Of a DNA stretch of 64,000 nt, positions 19,765-28,552 are shown piece by piece (positions within the stretch are counted from its first letter, which is position 1; the number at the start of each line of letters is the position of its first letter). Below the pieces are notes generated by a model, which did no database searches, was not told the origin of the DNA, and saw only the letters and a list, made by a program, of their open reading frames with translations. Made by a program: the position numbers and the translations under genes. The stretch comes from Candidatus Methanoperedens sp. (GTDB taxonomy: Archaea > Halobacteriota > Methanosarcinia > Methanosarcinales > Methanoperedenaceae): assembly GCA_012026795.1 (NCBI GenBank), contig VEPM01000023.1:2455-66454 (forward strand). The letters are read 5' to 3'.

Positions 19765-19807
19765 ATATACCTTAAGGTATATTGTCATATTGTGCATAAA
19801 TTGCACA
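19765..19807. promoter_or_regulatory. TATA-overlapping perfect 18-bp palindrome plus TGTGCA-N5-TGCACA inverted repeat
   Basis: ATATACCTTAAGGTATAT at 19765-19782; TGTGCATAAATTGCACA at 19791-19807; upstream of two small ORFs. Confidence 0.55.
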
Positions 19808-19837
19808 GTATATTAAAATATATCAGGAGGTTCACAT

Positions 19838-19963
19838 ATGTTTGGAATAAATGAATTGAGCGTTATAATAGTTCTTTTATCTTTCTGCCTTACGAAGTTA
19901 ATATCGTTGCCAGCAGCATTTCAAGTTGTGCAAAAATTGCATATAAAATATGAGGAGATTTAA
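19838..19963 (+). CDS. 41-aa hydrophobic small protein (not in ORF track)
   Basis: AGGAGG SD; MFGINELSVIIVLLSFCLTKLISLPAAFQVVQKLHIKYEEI. Confidence 0.5.
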   Translation: MFGINELSVIIVLLSFCLTKLISLPAAFQVVQKLHIKYEEI

Positions 19964-19965
19964 AT

Positions 19966-20157
19966 ATGTATATTAAACTAAATAATTTTTGTTTTATAAT
20001 AATTTTTCTGTCTCTGGGCATAATTGCAGGTTATGCTTCTATACAAACGGCATTTATGACAGGATTAGTAACAGCCCTTGTAGCCCCACCAGCTGCTGTC
20101 TTAGTAGGCATGGCGCATGCTGGTAAAAAGTTTCAATCGGAAATTAAAAAATCATAA
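19966..20157 (+). CDS. 63-aa two-helix membrane protein
   Basis: GAGGAG SD within the previous ORF's end; two hydrophobic segments and a basic tail. Confidence 0.5.
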   Translation: MYIKLNNFCFIIIFLSLGIIAGYASIQTAFMTGLVTALVAPPAAVLVGMAHAGKKFQSEIKKS

Positions 20158-20312
20158 TTGCATCATAAATTGGCCATCATTCTTTTTTTTTGACTCATAT
20201 TTTTGATTTTATCCAAAATTTCTTGCTCCAATTACATATTATTTTATATCAGCTTCTCGTAATATAACGCGTTTGATGAGTCAGAACCAGGATCAAGAAA
20301 AAGGAATAAATA

Positions 20313-23243
20313 ATGGCCAGCAGAATTGAAGTCGGTTTTAAAAAAGGGATAAAAGATGCGCTGGGAGACAGCACGAGAAAAAGGATAGCTGAAGACCTGC
20401 ATATAAATGTGGAGAGTGTCAGGACACTTGATGTTTATACCATCGATGCAGATATTTCCAATGAACAGGTAAAGATTCTCGGTGAAGAATTGTTTGCAGA
20501 TCCCGTAATACAGGAATATTCCCCTGAACCGCTTGCAAAGGATTTTTCATGGCTCATTGAAGTTGGCTTCAAGCCTGGTGTTACTGATAACGTCGGAACT
20601 ACTGCAAAAAAAGCATCTGAAGATATTATTAAAACCACAATAAAGGGAGTATATTTTTCAAGACAATATCTGATAAAAGGGAAGATCACAAAAGAAGATG
20701 CTGAAAAGATAGCTGGCGGACTTCTTGCAAATACCCTTATTGAACGATGGATAATAATCAATAGTATTGACTGGGATAAACAAAAAGGTGTATGTCTGCC
20801 GCTTCCTGTCATAAAAGGAAAACATAAACCTTCAGTTATGGAAATTGACCTTAATACCAGTGATGAAAAATTAAAGGAATTAAGCATACAGAGACTTCTT
20901 GCTCTGAATCACAGGGAAATGATCGCTCTTAAGGAATATTTTAATTCGCAAGAAACGAAAACTCAGAGGAAATATCTTGGACTAACCCTTCCTACGGATG
21001 TGGAAATAGAAGTGCTTGCCCAGACATGGTCTGAGCACTGCAAACATAAAATATTCAACAGCCGGATAACTTATTCAGACGATAAAGGAAGCCTTGTAAT
21101 AAATTCGCTTTTTAATACTTTCATAAAGCGCGCCACAAAGGAAATAAATAAACCATGGCTTGTTTCTGTTTTCACCGATAATGCAGGCGTGATCAAATTT
21201 AATGATGACTATAATCTTGTCATGAAGGTGGAAACGCACAATACGCCTTCTGCTCTTGATCCGTACGGCGGCGCCATAACAGGTATTGTTGGTGTAAACC
21301 GCGACCCTATGGGTACGGGGATAGGTGCAAGACTGATATTTAACACTGATGTCTTTTGTTTTGCATCCCCTTTTTATGATAAAGAGCTTCCACCGCGACT
21401 TCTTCATCCCAAGAGGATATTTGAAGGCGTAAGGCGCGGCGTCGAACATGGCGGGAATAAATCCGGTATTCCCACGGTGAACGGGTGTATAGTTTTTGAT
21501 GTGCGGTATCTTGGAAAACCTCTAGTATATTGCGGAACGGGTGGAATAATGCCTTCAGTGATCAATGGAAAACCCTCCCATATAAAGGAAATCCATAGTG
21601 GTGACCTCATAGTAATGGCCGGGGGGCGCATCGGGAAAGACGGCATCCACGGCGCAACTTTCTCATCACTGCAACTTGATGAGGATTCACCTGTTACCGC
21701 TGTACAGATCGGAGATCCTATAACCCAGAAGAAGATGCTTGATTTCCTGCTTGAAGCTCGTGATAAGGGATTATATGGATCAATAACAGATAACGGCGCA
21801 GGCGGCCTTTCGTCATCGGTTGGTGAGATGGCGCAGCTCTGCGGAGGATGCCTGATCGAACTTGATAAATGCCCCCTGAAATATCCTGGCCTTGACCCCT
21901 GGGAAATCCTTGTTTCCGAGTCGCAGGAGAGAATGACGCTCGCGGTTTCTCCCGAAAAAATTGATGAATTCCTGAATCTTGCTAAAACAAGAGACGTTGA
22001 GGCCACTGTTATCGGAACATTTACAGATTCGGGCAAATTCCATGTAAAATACGGAAATAAAAATGTGGCTTACCTGGATATGGAGTTTTTGCATAATGGT
22101 CTTCCAGCCATGAAATTGAATGCGCGATGGGTACAGCGCAAGTTTGAAGAGCCTGTTCTTGGTGTTGTGGATTCGACCGCAATTCTTAAAAATCTTCTTT
22201 CGCGCCTCAATATATGTTCAAAAGAATATGTCATCAGACAGTATGACCATGAAGTCCAGGCAGGATCTGTCATCAAGCCATTAACCGGGGATGGCCCGAG
22301 TGATGCAGCGGTTATCCGCCCTCTGCTTGATAGCATGGAAGGAGTTGTTGTTGCAAACGGCATCTGCCCGAGGTACGGTGATGTTGATACATACCACATG
22401 ACGGCCTGCGCCATCGATGAGGCGGTACGAAATCACATTGCAGTGGGCGGTTCATTTGATCATCTTGCAGGTCTTGATAATTTCTGCTGGTGTGATCCTG
22501 AAAAATCAGAAAAAACACCTGACGGCGAATATAAGCTCGGGCAGCTTGTGAGAGCCAACATGGCGCTGTATGATTATACAAAAGCATACGGTGTCCCCTG
22601 CATTTCAGGAAAGGACAGCATGAAGAACGATTACCAGATAGGGGGCAGGAAGATATCCATTCCCCCAACTGTTCTTTTTTCAACGATCGGGAAAATTGAA
22701 GATGTGCGAAGAGCAGTGACAATGGATGCGAAGTGTCCAGAGGACAGGGTTTACATCCTCGGAATGACGAAAGATGAACTTGGAGCTTCAGAATATTATG
22801 CATCTCTGGGATTTATCGGGAACGATGTGCCGCGTGTGAATGCCAGTTCAGCGAGAAAATTGTATATCGCCCTTGAAAAAGCGATCAGCGAAGGTGTTGT
22901 CGCTTCATGTCATGACTGCTCTGACGGTGGTCTTGCCGTGGCGCTGGCTGAAAGTGCATTTTCAGGCGATCTTGGAATGATAATCGAACTGACAAAAGTA
23001 CCTGTTGAGAACATCAAGCGTTCAGATACGATATTATTCTCAGAATCCCAGAGCCGCTTTGTTGTCACAGTGGCGCCTAGAAATGTGAAAAGATTCGAGG
23101 CGCTCATGAAAGGTAATGTGTTTGCGGATGTTGGCGCAGTCACAGCGCGGCAGGAATTTATTGTGATGGACGGGGAGAAAGTGGTGCTCAGAGAAAGGAT
23201 CGATGTGCTTAAGAATGCATGGCAGAAGACGTTAAGATGGTAA
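20313..23243 (+). CDS. purL: Phosphoribosylformylglycinamidine synthase PurL with fused PurS-like N-terminal domains
   Basis: QTWSEHCKH, KVETHNTPS, DNGAGGL, SESQERM, ISGKDSMKN, HDCSDGG; no glutaminase domain. Confidence 0.95.
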   Translation: MASRIEVGFKKGIKDALGDSTRKRIAEDLHINVESVRTLDVYTIDADISNEQVKILGEELFADPVIQEYSPEPLAKDFSWLIEVGFKPGVTDNVGTTAKKASEDIIKTTIKGVYFSRQYLIKGKITKEDAEKIAGGLLANTLIERWIIINSIDWDKQKGVCLPLPVIKGKHKPSVMEIDLNTSDEKLKELSIQRLLALNHREMIALKEYFNSQETKTQRKYLGLTLPTDVEIEVLAQTWSEHCKHKIFNSRITYSDDKGSLVINSLFNTFIKRATKEINKPWLVSVFTDNAGVIKFNDDYNLVMKVETHNTPSALDPYGGAITGIVGVNRDPMGTGIGARLIFNTDVFCFASPFYDKELPPRLLHPKRIFEGVRRGVEHGGNKSGIPTVNGCIVFDVRYLGKPLVYCGTGGIMPSVINGKPSHIKEIHSGDLIVMAGGRIGKDGIHGATFSSLQLDEDSPVTAVQIGDPITQKKMLDFLLEARDKGLYGSITDNGAGGLSSSVGEMAQLCGGCLIELDKCPLKYPGLDPWEILVSESQERMTLAVSPEKIDEFLNLAKTRDVEATVIGTFTDSGKFHVKYGNKNVAYLDMEFLHNGLPAMKLNARWVQRKFEEPVLGVVDSTAILKNLLSRLNICSKEYVIRQYDHEVQAGSVIKPLTGDGPSDAAVIRPLLDSMEGVVVANGICPRYGDVDTYHMTACAIDEAVRNHIAVGGSFDHLAGLDNFCWCDPEKSEKTPDGEYKLGQLVRANMALYDYTKAYGVPCISGKDSMKNDYQIGGRKISIPPTVLFSTIGKIEDVRRAVTMDAKCPEDRVYILGMTKDELGASEYYASLGFIGNDVPRVNASSARKLYIALEKAISEGVVASCHDCSDGGLAVALAESAFSGDLGMIIELTKVPVENIKRSDTILFSESQSRFVVTVAPRNVKRFEALMKGNVFADVGAVTARQEFIVMDGEKVVLRERIDVLKNAWQKTLRW

Positions 23244-23343
23244 TATCAATTTCGCGCATTTATTGCGAGAAGAAGCGCCTGAAATTCCCGACCTTTTCAT
23301 GAGAAATAGAAAAGCGCTAACAAAAAATCAACCATTCTCAATC

Positions 23344-23928
23344 CTATTTCACCCACACCACTTCAGGCTCTCTCCTTTCAGGCATTTCGGTATCGCCTCT
23401 CGGATACCCGAATATCAATGGCGCAACAATAATGTATCCTTCAGGTATGCCAAGTTCTTTCATGATTTTTTCATCCATCAGGGCACGCTGGACGCCTCCT
23501 ATCCAGCAGCTTCCGATTCCTATGGAATGGGCAGCAAGCATCATTGTCTGGGCTGCCATTGAGCAATCATAAGCTGCCGTAGGTGCTTTATTATTCCCGA
23601 GGATGATCACCATAACAGGTGCATTATAGAACATGTCTGAACCTTCTGTTTTAAGAAATGCAAGAAAATCAGCAGCCCCCTGTGAGTTATCTTTAAATTG
23701 TTCCAGCAGCGGGATCATGGATTTTTTTCCAAATTCCGAAAGCCGCCGCAAAACGTCCTTATTTTTTATCACCATAAAACCCCATGGCTGCATGTTCAAA
23801 CCTGAAGGAGTATACCCGGCGCAGTCGATCAGGAATTTAATATCCTCATCAGGGATCTGGTCTTCTTTGTAATTACGGACACATCGCCGTGTTTTTATTA
23901 TTTCAATAATGTCTTTCATGCGGTTCAC
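23344..23928 (-). CDS. Nitroreductase family protein
   Basis: TRRCVRNY, PSGLNMQPW, DCSMAAQTMMLAAHSIGIGSCWIG. Confidence 0.92.
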   Translation of the reverse strand: MNRMKDIIEIIKTRRCVRNYKEDQIPDEDIKFLIDCAGYTPSGLNMQPWGFMVIKNKDVLRRLSEFGKKSMIPLLEQFKDNSQGAADFLAFLKTEGSDMFYNAPVMVIILGNNKAPTAAYDCSMAAQTMMLAAHSIGIGSCWIGGVQRALMDEKIMKELGIPEGYIIVAPLIFGYPRGDTEMPERREPEVVWVK

Positions 23929-24030
23929 CTATTATTGAATGTTGTTTCTTATTAGAATAGATTTCCGGATAATATAAAGAATTTCAGTAAAAATGAAAAA
24001 AGGAAAATAAAGGGGGAATTCACCCCTTGT

Positions 24031-24924
24031 TTAAATGAGGTCTTTAAGGTAGAATTTATGCGGGCCCAGCGTACCGCCATAGTTCCCTGCGCTTATCTTC
24101 TTGACACCAGGGACCCTTACAGCCGCAGCGATACCGGCTTTCATGGATCTGCTTATTGATTCCGCATCAAGGCCATTGATAACGATCTCATATATGGCAT
24201 TTACATCAGCAGGCACATGAGTATCTTTTATCTTTGCTTTTATCGAAGGGCTGAATTTTTCATTTGTTGTTGCCTTCATGAATTTATAATTTGTAAATCC
24301 GACCTTTGATCCGCTTGCCACAACGCCGCCAGGGAAAGGAGTGATCGTACCTGTCAGCATCATTATTGCATCAACCGCATTTTCAGCAGCGGTAAGAGCC
24401 GTCATCTGCGTATCTGCCATAATAAAGAAATTGCCCCCTGCAATGCCTTCCTGCGCTCCGATACCGTGCTCAGTAATGAAGTCACCCTGCATCATGGGGA
24501 TCTTATATGCTTTCCTTCCACCAATATTGGTTTCGGATTCAAACCCGTCTCCGAAGAACTTGAGCTTGAATCCGGTATCAAATTGTTTCTCAGCGTTCGG
24601 AAGCCCATTCCACATTGCAGCAGTCGGGGCAGTCAGGACACACTGGCCCAGACGTTTTAATAACTGTTCTTCCAGGGCTTTATAGCCAAATGTGCATATA
24701 TAAATATACACACCAGGCCTTCCATCAGGTGTTTCGCTGCCATCAACAACCTTTTCAATGCCGGCCTCGGCTGGGCACATTATTACAGAGGTTCCAAAGC
24801 CTGTGGCTTCCTGTGCCGCAACCATGGCCCATCGCCGTGTTGCGCCTGTGATCAATATTCTTGCTATCTTTATCGGAAATGCTTCCGCAAATGTGTCTTC
24901 TATCTCTACTCCATTGAGTTCCAT
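24031..24924 (-). CDS. ftr: Formylmethanofuran--H4MPT formyltransferase
   Basis: IEDTFAEAF, TPDGRPG, GIAGGNF, PFPGGVVASGSKVG, SAGNYGG. Confidence 0.97.
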   Translation of the reverse strand: MELNGVEIEDTFAEAFPIKIARILITGATRRWAMVAAQEATGFGTSVIMCPAEAGIEKVVDGSETPDGRPGVYIYICTFGYKALEEQLLKRLGQCVLTAPTAAMWNGLPNAEKQFDTGFKLKFFGDGFESETNIGGRKAYKIPMMQGDFITEHGIGAQEGIAGGNFFIMADTQMTALTAAENAVDAIMMLTGTITPFPGGVVASGSKVGFTNYKFMKATTNEKFSPSIKAKIKDTHVPADVNAIYEIVINGLDAESISRSMKAGIAAAVRVPGVKKISAGNYGGTLGPHKFYLKDLI

Positions 24925-25056
24925 AAATATCCCTCACATGATGACCCAAAAATATCAATTACGGGTCATCAAACAATCCGTCATTTTTATTGTAGTACCT
25001 AATATATGCTTCGAAATGTTTCGAAAGCTTAAAAAAAGAGACGTTTTTTTACTTTT

Positions 25057-25332
25057 TTAATGCATTATTTCATCAACAGCGCGGCTTGCAAGTTCCTGCA
25101 TTCTCACCTGTGTTCTTCCCGGTCCTGAGAATTCATCAAGTGTCATCACGGAAGCTATCTCTTTACCAAGAATAAAGATTGCATGTTTATGTTCGGCTTT
25201 GCTTCGATGTACATGTATGGGGCTTATCTGAAGGGACTGGTATTGTACAAATTCTCCATGGCCATTTTCCTCGAAGAACTTCTTCATTTGCACCATTAGT
25301 GTATGTAGCTGGATTAACTCTTCTTTGTGTAT
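25057..25332 (-). CDS. UPF0058 family protein, apparent ATA start
   Basis: ISPIHVHRSKAEHKHAIFILG; frame extends upstream as (ATA)HKEELIQLHTL behind GGAGG. Confidence 0.85.
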   Translation of the reverse strand: MHKEELIQLHTLMVQMKKFFEENGHGEFVQYQSLQISPIHVHRSKAEHKHAIFILGKEIASVMTLDEFSGPGRTQVRMQELASRAVDEIMH

Positions 25333-25421
25333 AAAACCGCCTCCTATCTCTTATTTAGCTGTTTACTGCTAAGCAGTAATGCTATTCTATTCACATCAAT
25401 CCGATACTAAAATGATTTTGT

Positions 25422-25439
25422 TAGGAAGTGCATTTCCTA
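25422..25439. promoter_or_regulatory. GGAA-N6-TTCC palindrome (NrpR-type operator candidate)
   Basis: TAGGAA-GTGCAT-TTCCTA just downstream (minus strand) of a TTTAAA box upstream of the UPF0058 gene. Confidence 0.35.
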
Positions 25440-25520
25440 TGTTTTACATTTAAAGTTTACGAATTAATCTTCATGATTCATAATGATTAATTCGTTTAAA
25501 ATTATTTTTTGGTTTTTACT

Positions 25521-26021
25521 TCAAGGATTCACGATGATTTTCTGATGAGTCACTTTTGGGAACTCCTTTATATAAACCTCATAATTTCCAGGATTGTTAA
25601 ATGTATAATTGAACCAGCTCAAATAATACCTCAGCCTGGAACTGGAATTATCCCATAAGTTCTCCTGGCTTACGACCGTTAAGCTGTAATTCGCGTCTGT
25701 TACACTTATCCATTTGACTGTATCACCTGAATTAATTGTAAGTGTACGATTAGTATAATTTGATGAAACATTTGTTGTAGTAACCTTGCGAAACCCATAT
25801 AAGTCATCAACTTCAGAAATATATAATCTCTGTGTTCTGGCAATCGTCGGGATAGGGGTTGGCTGCACAGTTGTCGGAACCACTGTGGGCGCTGGAGTCG
25901 GTGTAGCAGTCGACGTTGCCGTTGGTGTCGGAACCGGAGTTACGCCAGTTTTCTCATCAACGCATCCCAGGAAAATCAAAGATAATGCCATGATAAATAT
26001 TGAAATAATTTTAAAGTTCAT
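25521..26021 (-). CDS. Lipoprotein with Pro/Thr linker and cupredoxin-like domain
   Basis: Lipobox FLGC, PT-rich stalk, LTINSGDTVKW...YTFNNPGNYEVY; GGTGAG SD before ATG 26021. Confidence 0.75.
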   Translation of the reverse strand: MNFKIISIFIMALSLIFLGCVDEKTGVTPVPTPTATSTATPTPAPTVVPTTVQPTPIPTIARTQRLYISEVDDLYGFRKVTTTNVSSNYTNRTLTINSGDTVKWISVTDANYSLTVVSQENLWDNSSSRLRYYLSWFNYTFNNPGNYEVYIKEFPKVTHQKIIVNP

Positions 26022-26133
26022 TATACTCACCAACGGCATAAATGGCATAACTTATAAATAATATTATCTATTTGTTCTCTGATAATGATTAATATTATGG
26101 ATTTATTATTGATGCCTTCCATCAGGACATTGA

Positions 26134-27360
26134 ATGGATACTGAGCCCATGAAGGAAAAGAAATGGATATATGAAGAGATCGTTGGCAGAATACCTCCTT
26201 TTTCTCTACTGTCCTATAAATACAGCATCCTTCTCCAGTTTTTATTTCTTCTTATAATTGGCATAACCCTCGGTTTTATCTTTGACCTGGGGCAGATTTC
26301 CCTGCTATATGGCTCACTTGCCATCTTTGTAGCAGTATCATGGAGCCTTCTGATCCTGCAACTTGCGCCAACGCTTCGTAAATTCAGGGCCCCGTTAAGT
26401 AAGGATGAAAATGAATTACTTGAGAGATATAAAGAGATACTTTTCCATAAAAACCATTATGAGGCTGTGCCAGGGCTGGTTATTTTCATCCCTTTTATGT
26501 TTTATCTTTACTATTTTGGCACGGATTTACTGGATATGTGGCTTGGAAAAGCTCCCCATCCGGTTTTATTATTATTCGTAAGTCTCCTGATATGGGATAT
26601 TTGCTACAGGATGGGGCTTGGGTTATGGACATCAGTCCTTGCTTTGTGGAGATCCTTAAGACTTAAAAAACTTGCGGAAAAGAGAAGCGAGCTTGAACAT
26701 ACACCATATACTGAACTTCGATACCTTCAAAAACTTGATATCAACAATGTCTTTTTCGGACTGATTTCGCTTTTTTTACTGCCCCTTTTCAAGACAGATA
26801 ATTTTTTAGTTGTTATTACGTTGCTTTTCATGTGTTTTGTAACCCTTACCTCGCTTTACTCAGCATACATAATCTCCATAGTGCCATGGCTTCCTCCCGA
26901 CATCTATAATCTGGTAAATGAATCAAGTTTTGCATATATCGGTACTTCCCTGAAAGGAAAAACCCATGTAACCCCGGTTGTTTATGTTTTTGACGGGCAG
27001 AAAATCTTTTTTAATACATCTAAAGAAGCAAAAAAACTAAAAATCATGCAGGAGAACAACAAGGTCGCTTTCCTGATAGATAGAAGGGACATGAGTAATA
27101 TATATGAAAATAAAGCCGTTCTTTTTACCGGGGAAGTCAAAATCTACGGAATGACAGATGTTCCAATACATTTAATAAATATGCTTGCTGCCCTTAAGTT
27201 ATTCATGAAAAAATATCCCGAATATACAAAAAAATATTCAACTTCGGAATTACCAAAAGCATGGCAACTGACACCAATTATTGCAAGGATACTTGTGGAA
27301 GTGAAACCAGTTAAAATAATCTATTGGAGAGGCGCAAAACAAATAAGCGTGCCTGTGTAA
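26134..27360 (+). CDS. Multi-TM membrane protein fused to a PNPOx-like split-barrel domain
   Basis: About 6 TM helices, then AYIGT..GKTHVTPVVY...KKLKIMQENNKVAFLID. Confidence 0.8.
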   Translation: MDTEPMKEKKWIYEEIVGRIPPFSLLSYKYSILLQFLFLLIIGITLGFIFDLGQISLLYGSLAIFVAVSWSLLILQLAPTLRKFRAPLSKDENELLERYKEILFHKNHYEAVPGLVIFIPFMFYLYYFGTDLLDMWLGKAPHPVLLLFVSLLIWDICYRMGLGLWTSVLALWRSLRLKKLAEKRSELEHTPYTELRYLQKLDINNVFFGLISLFLLPLFKTDNFLVVITLLFMCFVTLTSLYSAYIISIVPWLPPDIYNLVNESSFAYIGTSLKGKTHVTPVVYVFDGQKIFFNTSKEAKKLKIMQENNKVAFLIDRRDMSNIYENKAVLFTGEVKIYGMTDVPIHLINMLAALKLFMKKYPEYTKKYSTSELPKAWQLTPIIARILVEVKPVKIIYWRGAKQISVPV

Positions 27361-27362
27361 AT

Positions 27363-27848
27363 ATGCGGATCCCTGAGGAAATACGTAATATCCTGTACGG
27401 TAATTATTTCGGTTATGTATGCACAAGCGATAAAAATGACCAGCCGCATCTGACCCCGGTCTTTTTCATATACGATGAGAATTCACAGAAACTTTTTTTC
27501 ATCACAAATGATCGATCAAAAAAGGTCAAGAACCTGTCTGAAAATCCCAATATCAGTATTACAATCGATATCCGTGATCCTGTAAACCCTTTCAATAATG
27601 AAGGGGTTATGGCCCAGGGTACAGCTGCTATTACAGATAAAGCACCAATATATTTCCTGTCTGAAGAAACGCTGCAATTATACTATGATATCTATCAGGA
27701 ATTTAAAAGCAAATACCAGAAAGTAATAGAGAATAAGCCCCTTGGCGAGAACGATGTGATCATACAGATAAATGTTGAGAAGATGGTATACTGGAAAGGC
27801 CCGCATTTCAAATCACTGAAGTTCAAAAAAGACGAATGGGTTTCTTGA
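27363..27848 (+). CDS. PNPOx-like (pyridoxamine 5'-phosphate oxidase family) protein
   Basis: GYVCTSDKNDQPHLTPVFF, SKKVKNLSENPNISITID. Confidence 0.85.
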   Translation: MRIPEEIRNILYGNYFGYVCTSDKNDQPHLTPVFFIYDENSQKLFFITNDRSKKVKNLSENPNISITIDIRDPVNPFNNEGVMAQGTAAITDKAPIYFLSEETLQLYYDIYQEFKSKYQKVIENKPLGENDVIIQINVEKMVYWKGPHFKSLKFKKDEWVS

Positions 27849-27907
27849 TAAATCTGACAAGCGACTGTCCGGGTTAGACTCTATCCGGATTATTTTGGTT
27901 AAAGCAG

Positions 27908-28552
27908 TTATTTTGACTTCCCGGTGATATTGCTATTGCTTTTGTTATTGCTTTTGTTATTGCCTTTGCTCTTGTCCCTTCGGGCTGCTTTTTTTATCTT
28001 TATATTTTGGTCCATAATATCCATAAATATCTTTTGTCTCATCATTTCTTTCCGGTTATCAAAAAACGATTTTTCAAGCTCCCTTATCTTTTCCTTCAGA
28101 TCCTCAATTTCCGCATACTTTTCCTCCAGTTCCTGCTCAAGATTATTGATGGTTACTTCGCGGCGGTGTATACTGATCTCCATCTTCTTTTTTTCAACCG
28201 GGTGAATATGTTCTGCTGACTTTATCAGGATTTTTTTCTCAACATCAGGTTTCGCTTTTCCTGAAAAAGGAACATTTAGAAGAGAATCGTTTATATCCTC
28301 CCCTTTTAACTTCTCAATAAAAAGCCTTGATATTCTCTGTTCTTCGGCAGAAAGGGTCCATGAAGCCCCTTTGTAGCGTTTCTCCAGGCCTGCGATATCG
28401 AGTAGTTTTTCAGCCGCTGATCCACTGATCCAGCCTATGCTCTGGTAGTAATTAAAAAGCTTCGGGAGATTGTTATGGCCGACCCTTGCAAGAAGGAATT
28501 TCAGCCATTTCCTCTGGGTTTCAATTGTTGTGTCAGTAAGTCTTTCCAGCAT
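27908..28552 (-). CDS. ArlD/E (FlaD/E)-domain protein with coiled coil
   Basis: WLKFLLARVGHNNLPKLFNYYQSIGWIS...LSAEEQRISRLFIEKLKG resembles the FlaD/E C-terminal domain; then an E/K heptad coil. Confidence 0.7.
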   Translation of the reverse strand: MLERLTDTTIETQRKWLKFLLARVGHNNLPKLFNYYQSIGWISGSAAEKLLDIAGLEKRYKGASWTLSAEEQRISRLFIEKLKGEDINDSLLNVPFSGKAKPDVEKKILIKSAEHIHPVEKKKMEISIHRREVTINNLEQELEEKYAEIEDLKEKIRELEKSFFDNRKEMMRQKIFMDIMDQNIKIKKAARRDKSKGNNKSNNKSNSNITGKSK

